DNA of 64,000 bases from Bigelowiella natans CCMP2755. Its lineage: Eukaryota; Protista; Cercozoa. The translations under genes were made by a program, and so were the position numbers. The notes under the pieces are model-generated. The model was not told where the DNA came from, did not search any database, and was given only the letters and a program-made list of their open reading frames with translations. This document shows, one piece after another, positions 13,605 through 26,308 of the stretch. Where the stretch lies: NCBI GenBank assembly GCA_000320545.1, contig ADNK01000875.1, positions 310,001 through 374,000 on the forward strand. Direction: 5' to 3'. How positions within the stretch are numbered: position 1 is the stretch's first letter; each line of letters opens with the position of its first letter.

Positions 13605-14728
13605 TCTCATAATTTTCATCTTGCTTCCACCAGACCTTCGTCGTAAGCAAAGCGTCCAATCCTCTCATCTCGCGCGTTAAGATCTTCAAGGTGCTCAAGT
13701 GTAACTCTGTCAACAATTGTCCACAACCATCATACCGATGTGTTATGGGTCAGCGGAGAACACGGAGAAGAAGATCGTAAAGAAGAGGAGGAGGAGGAGT
13801 AGGAAGAGGACAAGGAGGAAGTGGGGAGGAGGAGGAGGAGGAGGAGGAGGAGGAGGAGGAGAAGGAAGAAGAAATGAGAGGGGTCTGACTTATATATTCC
13901 CAATCAGGTTTGGCTTGGGTGGTAGAATCCAGGATCTCCTTGACAATAGCCGGTATGACAAGGTTCTTGTCCTTCAAACTGTATTGATTTTGCTGAGTGT
14001 CGCCTGAAACATGCAGCAGACAGATATTTTCAGAGCATTAATTTTCGGTGTCCCCCCTCATTCTCCAAATGTCTCTCACTAATGGAAGCATTCGTCAGTA
14101 AGGCAGAGGCAAAAAAGTTTATCATCGTCGAAAATTTCATCTTTGTCGATGCAATGGTGGATTCCGGAAGCTACACCTTGATGCTTTGAGATGAATTCGC
14201 TGAGTAGGCCAGCCCATCGTTTCCGGTTGGCCACGGCATCTTTGCTATCACCTGCTGTCTCATTGGCCAGCTGGACAAAGGATTCCATTGTCTCGTCGAC
14301 CCCTTCGTTAGTGTACGTGGAGCGCAGAGAGATAGGGCTGTGTAGTGCTTCTCTCCTCCTTCGAGTTCCTCGATTCTGTCTGTATTGCACGTCTGCTGCG
14401 ACTACCTGCACAAGAGGAAATTGGTACAAAACGGAGGGCTTTCTTCCCATACGTCTGCACATTTCTTGGTGCTCTCGCTTTTTTCGAAGTCCGGACACGA
14501 ACGCCGACAGGCCCATGCATGGTCAAGAATTCATCCTATTTCTGTACAGGCTGTACATACTTCAATAATGTCGATTAGATCTAATGCAACTCTCTCGCTG
14601 TGAGAAAGCAGAGCTCCAAACAGAGGTAGTCGGAGCTGAAACGGTCTCTTCTCTGCATCTTACTCAGTTTCCAAAGTGATTTGTTCTGCAAGGTCTGCTC
14701 CCCCCATCAGATATTTAATCCTACCCAT
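6343..14728 (-). CDS. Large multi-exon hypothetical protein, predicted helical (ARM/HEAT-like); ends approximate
   Basis: Many short coding-like exons with GT/AG flanks between microsatellite-filled introns, e.g. MGRIKYLMGGADLAEQITLET, DETMESFVQLANETAGDSKDAVANRKRWAGLLSEFISKH, KDKNLVIPAIVKEILDSTTQAKPDWE, LTELHLSTLKILTREMRGLDALLTTK, MLCTEILRTLFNLSYICPD, LGKLTKEDEREWDEAMKRVE. No family recognised with confidence, and it could be two genes. Confidence 0.5.
8661..8703. repeat. 22-bp tandem duplication in an intron
   Basis: tagaagcttaggccatacaac occurs twice. Confidence 0.9.
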
Positions 14729-14838
14729 CGCCTTGCTTTGCATAGATCTATCACGTGCCTCAATACGAGTAGAATTTGATTGTACGATGAAGTTGAGAGT
14801 TACTTTTCTGAATTTATGCACAGGTAAAGACGAAAAGC
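14729..14838. promoter_or_regulatory. Very short (~110 bp ATG-to-ATG) divergent, probably bidirectional promoter
   Basis: The minus-strand ATG at 14728 (alternative 14743) and the plus-strand ATG at 14839 face away from each other. Confidence 0.5.
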
Positions 14839-16236
14839 ATGCTCGGACGTATTTGTGCAAAGTTCCTTAAAAAGACCGGCGCTCGTGCTGCTGTGACTGC
14901 TGGTTTGTGCACTGGGGCTGCTGCTTACGCATACGTTGCTGAGGCCAAACAGACCACTATCGACATCAACCAGGCCATCGCGTAAGTTAAGGGAGGGTAA
15001 AGGGGTAGAGTTGTCAACCTGATAAGAAATTATGTGTGTGACACTTCAACGTGAAGCAATTGGTGCAAATCTAAGAGGTTGTGGTGCTATGCCAGGTACC
15101 CTTCCATCCTCGACGTTGTTGGATACCCTTGTCCTCCTAAGGATGTCCTCGGAGATCTTTCTCTTCTGGATGCTCAGCCAGTCAATCCTAAGGGAACTGT
15201 GTACCTGCTTGAGGTACGTGGGGGACGTGATAAACGTCCAGCTGGTCTCGGCCACCGCCCAGATTCAGTCCCAATCTGCAACGCTATCATTGCAGAAGGA
15301 TATAAGTGCGTTCCCATCTTCTATTCCGATGTGAACTATGACAAGGTCGAAGCACTTCTCAAAGATGCAGACGGCGTCGTTGTCCGCATCAACCCTGGCG
15401 AAGTCCAGGGAGTTACTAATGCCAAGGTTGAGGGACTTCTGCGTCGACTTTCGAAGATGGGAGTTCCATGTATGGCCCAGCCTGAAGTCCAGCTTCGCAT
15501 GGGAGCGAAGGATTCTCTGGTTTCTATTCGCAACCTATCCTGCGGTATGCCAGACACCTATGCATACTACGAGATCCCAAATATGTGGAAAACCTTCCCA
15601 GAAACCATCAAAGATGGTCCTCGTGTTATGAAACAGAACCGTGGCTCCCAAGGTGAAGGAATCTGGATCTGCAAACGTGCTGACGGAAAGTACGGAGCTC
15701 CTATTACTCTCGATACAGAGCTCGATCTAATGGAAGCAGTCGACAACCATACGGAGCGCAAAACGCTTAGGGAATTTCTGAAATTCTGCGAGCAGTACAT
15801 TGTTGGAGAGAATGGGCAGATCGTTGATCAGCGCTTCCTTCCTCGTATCGTAGAGGGGGAAGTACGCTGTCTCAATATCTTAGATGAGACCGTTGAGCTT
15901 ATCCACAAGAAGCCAGCTGAAGGAGGCCTCTCCGCCACGCTTGGATCTGGTGCTACGTACACCACATACAAGCCTGATGCTCCTGAATTTTCGAACCTGA
16001 TTGAAGCATTCGAAGCAGATAAGCCAAAGATCATGGCTTCTTTCGGTCTTCCAAATGAACCGTTCCCGCTGATCTGGACTGCAGACTTCATTTTTGGCCC
16101 GAAAAATGCTGAGGGTAAAGATACATTCTTTGTTGGTGAATTCAACTGCTCTTGTGTTGGTATTTCTAGGCAGTTGTATCTTGCCCCTAAGGTGGCTAAG
16201 GCTGTTGATCGCGTCATTACCTCTTCCAAGAAGTAA
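14839..16236 (+). CDS. Cj0069-family ATP-grasp protein with mitochondrial-type presequence; exons 14839-14981 and 15096-16236
   Basis: Exon 1 MLGRICAKFLKKTGARAAVTAGLCTGAAAYAYVAEAKQTTIDINQAIA joins in frame through a phase-2 intron (GTAAGT at 14982 ... CCAG at 15095). Core motifs EVRGGRDK...GHRPDSVPICNAII, VVRINPG, MGAKDSLV, RVMKQNRGSQGEGIW, FLPRIVEGEVR, PLIWTADF and VGEFNCSCVGI. Confidence 0.85.
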
Positions 16237-16475
16237 TAAACATGTCTTCTCGATCTACAACAGACTGAACAATAGCTCTGCAGTTGCTCACAGTCTTTGA
16301 TATACTCATTGCAACGACGCATCGATCACGCACCTCATTTGTTTGTTAGCGATGTGCACATATCTAGAAAAGGACTCAAGAACTGCTGCGCGCAGCGCGC
16401 GACAACATCGGTCGCATGAGGACGCTTTCAAATGCATGAAGCACGTGGTGGCAGAAACCAACAGACACAACATTA

Positions 16476-16554
16476 GCGCTGTAGCCGCTGCATTGCACAG
16501 CTACATCAGGATGACCATTGAAAAAATTTAATTCTTCATTACATCCGTCTCACA
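16476..16554 (+). repeat. Dispersed ~80-bp element, copy 1 (TGTAGC...GCTACA hairpin + ATGACCATTGAA + TTCATTACATCCGTCTCACA)
   Basis: Aligns by eye with 26224-26308 along its full length and with 49998-50025 at the 3' end. Confidence 0.85.
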
Positions 16555-16858
16555 TATCTAGATGAATGCGATACTAATCATTGAATTTTTTAAGTTGCTG
16601 TTGCATGTGTATTTGTCATTCATCATAAAATGTATTCGCAAAGAGCACATGCGGCGCCATTATGGCGCAGCTAATGAACAAATCTAGACGAACGGTAATA
16701 CATGTATGCTTACATAGCATGTTGTACATAGCTGCGAGTAGCGAATGGCGCATTCCAATTATGCTCATCATATAATAATAAATTTATTGGATTTTGAATT
16801 ATAAATATTTTTCTCCAGTCATTTCTTATCATGTACAACGATACTCCGCAGTGTCGCT

Positions 16859-19800
16859 TCACTTGTCATGAACGATGCACACAAGAATTCGAACGGGAGA
16901 TATGTAGCCAGGCAGCCTGTGAATCTTGGCAGCGACACAGAATCTAGGATTCCTGTCTGATCTAACCTTCAGCATGCGGTCAATACTCCCGATCACCTTG
17001 TCAGAGATTCGGCTAGCGTCGGCATGCTTGAAGAAGAACATCCTCTCCTCGTACTTCTGGGCGCTGGGGATGGATTCTAAAATTTCACTTAACCAGATTT
17101 CCTTGTACCTTTCAATGTCGCGATATCCATTTACCTCGCCATTGGCATCTACGCCTACAACCTCGTTATTCTCTAGCTGGTACTCACGTATCTCTTTTTT
17201 GATAAGGTTGGAGTCCCGTGGAATGCCATGCTTACATTCCTCCTCTAGGCGCTTCTTAAGATATACGTGGGCAGTGTCGTCCTCACCCTGGAGCTGCTCC
17301 TGGAAGGGGAACTTCTGCAGAAACTTGGTTTCTTCGCTCTTGAACTCCCGGTAGCTCTGGATGGCGTCCTCGACGACGTGCCTCATAGTTCTCTCTTTTA
17401 TGTCCACAACCTGCTCACGGGCTTTGGTGCCTACCATTGTCTTATCCGGATAGAAGGGCTTAATAATGCTGTCTTGCCCTTGCCAGAAGTACTTCTCCCC
17501 GTCATCCCGAAGCTTGCCTTCCTTGTTCTTATTTTCATATCGGCCCTTGAAAGAGCGCCAACCATACTCGTTGGTGAAGTCATAGGAGATTAACCCTGGA
17601 TCGGGGGTCTGAAGGTTGGCGTACACGTTCTTGTTGTTGAAAACAACGTCGATCACTGTGTACGGAAGGTCGCTCTGACCTTCCTCATTGTCGTGGTTCC
17701 TCTCTTGTTTGTTAAGCCACACCTCTTCTTCCTTCTCGTCATTCACAAGCCGGGACTTCGCATCTTCACGCAGCTTATACTGGAAACGCTTTCGCTCCCG
17801 GATTGCCTTAATCCTAGACACATGCTGGGAGTGATGGATGTCGATCTCCTCAGCGTCGTCGTCCTCATCAAAATCATCTTCAGCATCCTGGTATTTGAGG
17901 TTCTGTTCGATATACTCTCCATCCGTGAGGTTGGGTGCGGGAAGCTGCTGCTTCTTTCCTTGCTTGAGGCGGCGGTTCAGACGCACATATGTTTTCCCCT
18001 TGGAGCACTCCCAGAACCGGATGGTCCTAGGGAAGTTATTATCGTTACTGTCCGGATCCTCCCTCGTCATTACCCACACGTGCTCCTCCTCCCCGTGTTT
18101 AGTGCGTGCCCTGCCCACACACACGTATGCGTCGAGTTGGCGACCGAGCAGAAAATTGCACAAAAGGATGGCATGGTCTCTGTGATCGCCACGGCGCTTA
18201 TCCAAAAAGTACCACGGATCAGACCACACACGGAGGCCTGGAGCAGTCTCGTCGAGCTCATCCTGGCGCTTTTTGGCCTGGATATAATTGTCTGTCGTTT
18301 TGCGTAGCACAGTTTCGATCGATGTGACATAGTAAAGGAGTGAGCTGAGCGTCTTAATCTCTGCAGGAGGCACCATAACCGACAAGAACGTGGGCAGATA
18401 ATATATACCGCCTGAGAATTCGTCGATACCGCAAAATGCAAACGTACGCTTTTTGAACTCTGGCACGGAATCGAGCGCTTGGAGCCAAAAAGCACGCGCT
18501 TGCTTGAGCTTAGGCGGTTTAACTCCCTCATCGCGCACAAGTTTCTTGTTGTGCTCGCGGTTACCCCTCTTTTTCTTGTTCTTGCGAGGCTTCTCCTTCA
18601 TCTTTCTGGCGGGCCCAACGCGCTTACCGTTGCCCATCTCGAAGTAAAGCTTAAGCTCGATATGGCGATCGGGTGCTTCGTGGTTGGCAACTGGTGACTT
18701 GAGCTTCTGCTTGGTAGAATACACGTACCGGCTTACGAGTCCTGACTTGCCAAAGCTCGACTCAATGAGCTCGGGTTTACGGTTGTTGAAGATCTGCTTG
18801 AAGTCAATCTCACAGTAGCCAAGAGGTGCCTTGGAGAAACCGGTGCTGTCCCAGACATTGATCATGACCTTGGAGCCGACCCACTTGATAAAGTTATTCA
18901 AGTCAAGATTGACGCTATCGAGAGCCCCTTCCGGGCAATCGACTTTGAAGAAAACGGTTTCGTTCCAGAAGGGGTCCGGGTTGTCCTCCTTCATGTCGAT
19001 CTCCCGCCGAATCTGCGCCCAGTCTACGGTCACACTAGGATTCAGCGATTCCTTGTACTCAGTGAGGCTTTGTAGCCCCTTGGCACGAATGATATTGACG
19101 GCGAGATATAGTGTGTTCTTTTCGAATGAGAACCATTTATTGCCACCAGAAGGCTTCCCAACGTTACCGAGCTGACGATACCGAGGCTCGTTCAGAGTTT
19201 CTATCACTCCCTTAACGTTGGTAGCTTTCGCCTCGTCAAACTCGTTGCAAATTTCGAACGGGTCGCAGAACCAGAGGATTGGACAAAATGACTTGCGATC
19301 AAGGATGACGTCGTAGAGGATAAGATAACCATAGTCAAGCTTGCCCTGCAGGACGTCCTTAGCAGAGCCGATTTGCGGCCCATGGATGCAGTTGAAGCAT
19401 GTCCATGACCACATCCAATTGGACAATCGTTGAGTGCATCCCGGATACAAGTTGCAACAGCAGCAATTTAGGCATGCCGAACCCTTCCAGAAGTAAATCT
19501 GGATGTGTTCATCCTCGAGTGCTGAGCGAGTTCCATAGTAAGTGATGGTCTGTGAGGTACTCCCTTTTTCATACTCAGGAACGGATGTGTAAAGTAACCC
19601 GCCACCATCCTGATAACATACGGATAAAAGTTAAAGACGACGATGAGGAGGAATCTAAGGATGAGTCCCCACCAATTATACGGCGAGAGAATTGGAATTT
19701 TGCAAAATAAATTCATTTACATGTGCGGATGTGGGCATCGCCTCAATCAAATGACATGCTCAATCATCACTCCAACAAAAATGGTCACCACAACTTGACC

Positions 19801-21383
19801 TCAAGCAAGAGAAACGAGATAAAGGATAGAGGAGACTGACTGCTTGTTGCTTTTAAAAGCTGGTATTCGCTAGTGATGATAGTGGTAATTGTGCATCTGT
19901 TCGAGTTCTAGTTACCGGAGTTGTGAAGGCGTGGGTGTCAACGGAAAGCCATGGGCATTTCCATCCACAAAAGCAAACATCACAGCACCAAGCAATAGGG
20001 GCTAAGTCGCAACATCGTAGATCTTTGTAGGGTATACAATGATACGTTAGTGCTTGAGAAACCTCACTATCACATATTTGTGCGAGCGAGCCGCACAGCT
20101 TGGATGTGTTGTCCATATGGAAGCCAAGGACTAGAGGGGGGTTCGCTGGGAACCCTGAACAGCCTAAAGAATTGGAATCTAGAGAATCTCCGTCTTCCAG
20201 TTCAATTTTCCATCTGTACAATCATACAATTGATCTGAGTATATTGTTATGATAATGCAATACGTGCTCGCTCCGATACCCGGAAGTGAAACGTGCAGGG
20301 TATTTGATCACAGGTTTTTGTTCAAAAATTGCGAAAGTTTACTGGTTAGGTAGAAAAGATGAATAGAGAGCAGATATTCTATCGAAAATTCTTTGTTCTT
20401 GTATACTTTGAAAACTTGATCTGGAAGTTAAAGATCTCCTCCAATTCGAATTTGAAGTTGCATATAGCAAAAGCTTCCTCACGAACAAGTTTGCTCTCTT
20501 GCCACCGAAATATTATTTCCTCTCGCTCGATCTGCGACTGTGCAACATCAGCCAAATTTAGCTCATGAACGCCTAACCACTGGTTGGGCCTAAAAGAATC
20601 GGCAATATGCCAGATTCGAATTGTCAAGTATTCGTTTGCTAATGCCGGGTAGCTGCCGTGCCAAAGCCCCTCAACTTCCTGATCCCCGAATTTTATAATG
20701 ATTTCATCAGTGGACTGTGATCCCTCCACTGGCATCAAGCGTGTGTACCACCGGTCTGCTGCTTTCGAGAATATTCTTGTTTCTGTAGTCTTTTTGGGAA
20801 TAGCTATTTCTGTCTTTTCGCCGCCCTTAGACTCTTTCTTTACAGTTTTACTTTCTGCTAGGTTAATTTCTACGTCTTCGCGCTTGCCACCTATAACAAA
20901 TTCCATGAAGATTGAGGAAAGACCCTGTTTTTTGCCAGTAAGCTTCAAGCGAATGTTTGAAATGCGGAATCTAAATGTCCTGCCTTTCTGCTGCGTCTTT
21001 GCTTTTTCTTCTTTATCTGCCAGGTCGTCAATCTCTTCTCTTTCTTCTTTAATTTTCGTTGCTTCTTCCTTCTCCAATTCATCTTCGTTCCCCTTTTCAG
21101 ATGCTCTTCTCTTTTTCTTCGCTTTAGATTTCTTTGATTTTGATTTAAAGCCAAAAAGCGTCCTTGGTTTATTTTCCTTCTTTTCTTCTTCTTTGCGCAT
21201 GTTCGTCATTTCAACATCTTCCTTCCCCTCTCTTGATGGTGAAGACTCTCGCCCGATCACTTGGTCATCATCATCTTTGGACATGTCACTTTCATCGTCC
21301 TTGTGCTCTAATGGTGCCAGTTCATTATCATCGTCGTCAAAATCATCGCTTTCGAGACCGCCACCATGCTTATAATCCGCCAT
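16859..21383 (-). CDS. C2-domain protein with CEP76/CC2D2A-type transglutaminase-like domain (centriolar/ciliary type); acidic N-terminus, Cys-rich linker, several introns
   Basis: C2 segment YLAVNIIRAKGLQ...NPSVTVDW...DPFWNETVFF...INVWD...PLGYCEIDF; CEP76-like segment WSDPWYFLDKRRGDHRDHAILLCNFLLG...DAYVCVG...HVWVMTR...FWE and LPYTVIDVVFNNKNVYANLQ. Upstream ORF 20379-21425 supplies the N-terminus (MADYKHGG at 21383) and a further C2-like region. Confidence 0.8.
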
Positions 21384-22333
21384 CTTCAATAGGCCCCGTG
21401 TGGATTTAAGTCTGCATATGGACATAAATTATTATGAATCTAAAATTGCAATGGCACAAGCACAGACATATCTCGCCAAAGATTGTTGGGAAATTTATGA
21501 GACATCGAAATGCTTCAGTGAAAACTTGTTTCGAAAATGTACAAGAGCTATTTCTTCAACAGACAATTTAGCTTTTGTGGCAGATAGCCAACGGCTCCGC
21601 ACACGTCCCAAATTTTGAGTGAGAATCCCCTCCTTGGGATAATACTCGATACACTTAGTTTGATATCATTTGAACCATTACCAAAGAAGGGAGGCCGTGA
21701 CGATGGTCCCACGTAAAGCCTGCGCTGAAGCCGATGTCTACTATTGTAACTAATAGCTTCACTCACTCCTGAGGGGCTGAATTGGCGGAAATAAACACTT
21801 TCTCTGGATGATAGTTGCCGCACATTTTCAGCTGAGACAATCTTTAAAATATGTCGAAAGGAGAGTTATCTCTGCATTATTTCTAGAATTCTGATCAAAT
21901 TAATTTGTGTGTTCGTGTCTTTCAGACTCATCCACGAGAACACAAGATATTTTCCTTCCAAAAAAGGAAATTCAAGTCTCTCTTTACGAAAAACGTCCTG
22001 AATTCCTGCATGTTTTTGATATCACTGATGTCGATCCATGTTTGTTGGCTCGCCGAAATGGAAATGTAGGCCAGAGACATGAGGAAAATGTTGCTTTCGC
22101 TTTGCTTTGAGGCTGTCGTAATTTACAAGTGCATGGACAATCTATGACATTTCGCGTCTGCAGACCCATTTATTTGAAAACCAAAGCTCGCCCAGCCTAC
22201 GTGATCGATCACCATGGATCATCTTCATTTCACTTTATAAATCGAAAATCGGGAAAACCCGATGTTCGCAATATGGGTCCATTTAAGGTGAAACCGAAAC
22301 CATCTAAGAATGTTTGCTATACACATATACACA

Positions 22334-22367
22334 GTAGTCCTTAAGGTGTAAACACCTTAAGGACTAC
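22334..22367. repeat. Perfect inverted repeat, 16-bp arms with a 2-nt spacer
   Basis: GTAGTCCTTAAGGTGT-AA-ACACCTTAAGGACTAC. Confidence 0.95.
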
Positions 22368-23073
22368 CGTGCCATAAAGCAACGTATTTTTCGAATGAGT
22401 AACAGTGTGCACAGCAAGACGTCAATCAAAAATGGCCAGCCAGAAATCGAAAATGAACATGAGAGAACATCTTGAAATGAAGTGCATTTTCCTTCTCTCT
22501 TCTCTCGGCAACAATCTCAAAAACGGCGCTTTTAGAAGTGGAATTATTTTCCTTCGATGTTTTGGGGGCAGAAAGTATTGAGATGAAATCGAATGAAGAA
22601 GGGAGCCGGGGCGCCACCTTCCGTAATCAACAGACAAGAGATAAAAACGTGTCTGTTGATAGATATATCTCCTGTATAATTTATACTAAAACGGTAAATC
22701 CATAAACGGGTAATCCTAAACTACAGGAGGCACTACTCCATCCGTGGGTGTGGGTTCTTCGTGTAGCTCCAAGATTCCTCGATCGAGGCTTGAAGCGTAC
22801 CCATCAATTTTCTTGGAGTTAGAAGAAAGGTTACTTTCCCTTTTCCGTTAAGTAGGACGTCTTTGGCAACAGTTCGGTCGTGTTTCCCTGTAAAACATTT
22901 TGTTGCTTTATTACCCGATCCTCCGATTGGTACCGAGAGCACTGGCATTCTCGCCCGTTGGCATCATTGAAGAATGGCTGCAGCCATTTGGTTTGTTTAC
23001 TTAGGTAAGCCACCAAAGAGAAAACTGGTAGTCCTTCTCCCTTCTCGAGTAGCACAGTTAATCACGAGGATTC

Positions 23074-24490
23074 ATGGCTGTTGTCTCGGCTAAACCCGTG
23101 GGAGTCTGGTGGATCATTCTGTCGGTATCATTGGCTGTGGAAGCTCGACAGGGATCTAATAAACTTGCTTCGTCGGAGAAATTGAGGGCTCGGCTCCCAT
23201 CACAGCGACATCGTCCAAATGTAAAAGGTAGCGGGGTTCTTGAATAGGCACCTACTCTTGCTGAGTGCCTTTCCACTTAACGTTCCATAGGCCATATGAG
23301 AAAAGATCTTTCTCTATCCGAAGTCAAGAAACGGAGCATACAGCGACCTAACTGTGATTCTGGGTTCTATGAGAACAGAAGGCGGGCACTCTGCAAACCT
23401 ACCTCAGCTGCATCATCCCGTCCGCTGTGTCTAGAAGGTAACGCAAGTCCGGAAACGCTATCCTCAGTAAAGAACTCAAGAGGAATATCGAGAGACATAT
23501 CTCGGGTAGATATTTATTCGAAAGGAGTTTCTCGGGCGGCGCTCACAGACTATGAGCACCTGAATCGCGTCATGGATCGAGGGTCTATGTCGCTATTCAA
23601 TAATGATAAAGCATCAGTTCTTGCTCTTATGGTGGCTACAACGGCCACTTTGGGTGTTGTGCTGGCAGCAAATGCGGCACGAGAAGGTGGGGGGTTGGAT
23701 ATCCTAAACTTCAATCCAGTGTGTCCAGCTGCAGATGGACTTTTTCGGTGAGTAGCATGATACCTAGATGTGTGTTGACTGAAATCAAATCTGGCAAAAA
23801 GGGGGGGGGGTGGGGCGTGGTTACGTACGGTGGATGGATATCTCGAGTCGGCACGAAAATGATTATGTTCAAAGAAACTTATATATACATACAGCGTAGA
23901 CACGAATATGCCATACAGAATTATTTATTTGTGAACATTTTACGTAATCGCGTGAGGAAGTCTGGGCCAAAGGGCAGCTGTTACGGTTGCAGGGGACCAG
24001 AACGTGGATGACTACAGGCCCTTGATCAATGACGGTTTGTCTTTCGTTAGCAACAACAAAATCTATATATCCCATGCATGATGAGTAAATTTTGGAAAAA
24101 AGTTCTGATCCGTGTCCGTACCGAGATCTGCGTCCTGGAGTCTTTCGCGAGAGAAACTGCACTGCCGTTCATACAGAAGAAGGGCCTTGGGTACACCATT
24201 CGTAACCACTATAGTAATTGTATCAACACGATCGATTTTGTCGAGTCTGTTCAATTTGCGATACCCGTACGTCAAGATTATTGATCGGTCGGCGAAATAA
24301 ATCTTTGCATTTGATAATAAGCTGGATTCTCCCGGCCCGTGAATCATCGGAAACGTACGTCGCAGGAGTGGTCTTTGTAGTGGGCGCGAACTTCATTCTT
24401 CTCGGTTCCACAAAGGTATTTACTCTCTCGCTGACGGGTTGATTACAGTGATTGTCTTCTATTAACCTCTTTATTTGTGTAGATTTATGT

Positions 24491-24527
<37 letters not shown>

Positions 24528-25603
24528 TCTATATGTGTGTGTATAAATATATACATATACATATATATTTATATATTTTTTTTATTTATATATTTATATC
24601 ACAAATTTGAGAAGTCTTCTTTATTATTATTCTTTAGGTTTTAGCGATTTTGGCTATTTACCACGACATCCTCCTCGGATTACCGAGCCGGGCGATCGGT
24701 GGTACCTTGGACCTGATTGCCAAAGGGTAAGAGATTGAGTAGAATTGCCCCCCTCTCCCTCACCGTCCATCGGAAGGGAGGGGAGGGTTGATGTTCGGTA
24801 CTAATAATCGCGGTGCTCCCTTTTTAAAGTGGAAATTCGGCTGAACGCGACGAGAAGCAGCTCAAGAAAATTATGGATGAGCAATTCAAGGAAGTGAAAA
24901 AGGTCTAGGCATGCATTCATCCATGTACTTACTCCTCGTTGGGGTTGAACCAGCTCTGTTTCTTTTGAAAGATAATGAAAAGTAATCCAAATGATTCTGC
25001 GGAGCAAGTCACTAAAGTGAACGCCAAGTAAGTGTCATTCATTCATTTGGGTTGCGGACCACAAAAGGGAGGTGCTAGAATCACATTGGTGCGCCGCCGC
25101 CTTTATGACGCATTCTGTCAGGTTCGCGGATAAAATTGAGAAAATGAGGGCAGACCAAGCCCAGCGGCGCGAAAAGGTTAGCAGCCCATCATCGACATCA
25201 TTTCAGAAGTTTGTTGTGGTTTTTTGTGGTTCTGCAAAATAAAACTTACCTACATCAGGCCAAAGAAAAGGGCCTCGGGCAAGCTCAGAAGGTCACACTT
25301 ACATATCTTCAGATATACTAGAAGTCGCTCAATACATCTGGTTCATTGCTTTTCAGTGATGATGATGGTAGTGGCCAGAAAACATAGGAACTTTGAGGGC
25401 CTATGGACAAGTTAGCCTTGGTGCAAAAAGAATTCTTGAGGCCTTTGACACGTTCTGTTCTCGGTAGAGCTTCGGATTTAATTGATGTGTCTCAATGCTG
25501 ACATTCTTGTCTTTTGTGCGATTTCAGATACCTGGTTGCCACAACGGTTCTTTACACCTTGATCAAATCGGTACATTTCTGGATTCTGAAAGATTTTCCA
25601 TAA
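23074..25603 (+). CDS. Probable plastid-targeted membrane protein of unknown function (bipartite leader), about 9-10 exons
   Basis: Signal peptide MAVVSAKPVGVWWIILSVSLAVEA followed by an S/R-rich transit-like segment. Spliced core NFNPVCPAADGLFR-LGQRAAVTVAGDQNVDDYRPLIND-VLIRVRTEICVLESFARETALPFIQKKGLG-WILPARESSETYVAGVVFVVGANFILLGSTK-VLAILAIYHDILLGLPSR; ends YTLIKSVHFWILKDFP* (TAA at 25601-25603). The intron phases checked are consistent. Confidence 0.7.
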
Positions 25604-26223
25604 AGTTTCTCAAGGTGACAGAGCCAGTGAAGCTGGCAGTGTTTTCCAAGTCAGACCCTAAAATCAAAGCTTCTAATGGCAGCATCTTTCGATGGTATGC
25701 AAGTCCGTCCACAAAAGCGTATACAACATGATGAGCATTGTCGAGTCCTAGTCCGTTTTGAATTGCTTAGCTAGCAAGTTTGACAGAACAATGACTGATG
25801 CCGTTTGTAATCGTAATCCGCACGAACACCACAATGCAATATGCAACTGAGCAAATGATGCGATGCGACGTGCGTCTAGACTTGGCTAGATAGCGGCCAA
25901 GCGTAAGTAATTAGGGAAAGTCAGCACCGGAAACAGGAAATGCATCGCATCGGCAATGTGGCCTATGAGACACCACAATATATGCGTGCGTGCTAGCGTG
26001 TCTTGACGTGCGTTTGCAACCGACAGTCCTGTGACTGATGATGCTACATGCTAGCATGGAATAGAGTGAATAACGCCATCGCGCTAGCTGGCTAGCTTGC
26101 TTGCTTGCATTCCCACATCGGGTGCATGCTTTTCGCGCTGAGTCATCTCAATATAACCAGCACTGGCCATGGACAATACAAGCTATATGCGTATATGCGC
26201 ATGATGACAAGCACGTACAGCAT

Positions 26224-26308
26224 GCGCTGTAGCCTCTGCTTTGCGCAGCTACATTAGGATCGAATGACCATTGAACACATTTAATTACTTCATTACATCC
26301 GTCTCACA
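26224..26308 (+). repeat. Dispersed ~80-bp element, copy 2
   Basis: gcgctgtagcctctgctttgcgcagctacattaggatcgaatgaccattgaacacatttaattacttcattacatccgtctcaca; the terminal 20-mer is identical to copy 1. Confidence 0.85.

Noticed and set aside
12196-13716. Resemblance of the hypothetical gene to Ric-8 (LCTEILRTLFNL, LSTLKILTRE)
   Set aside because: Only short helical motifs match, which is not enough to name the gene without an HMM search.
4341-19175. Long antisense ORFs over the dehydratase, ATP-grasp and CEP76-like genes (e.g. 4903-5433, 15828-16322, 17693-18307)
   Set aside because: Shadow frames of well-supported coding exons, with no motifs of their own.
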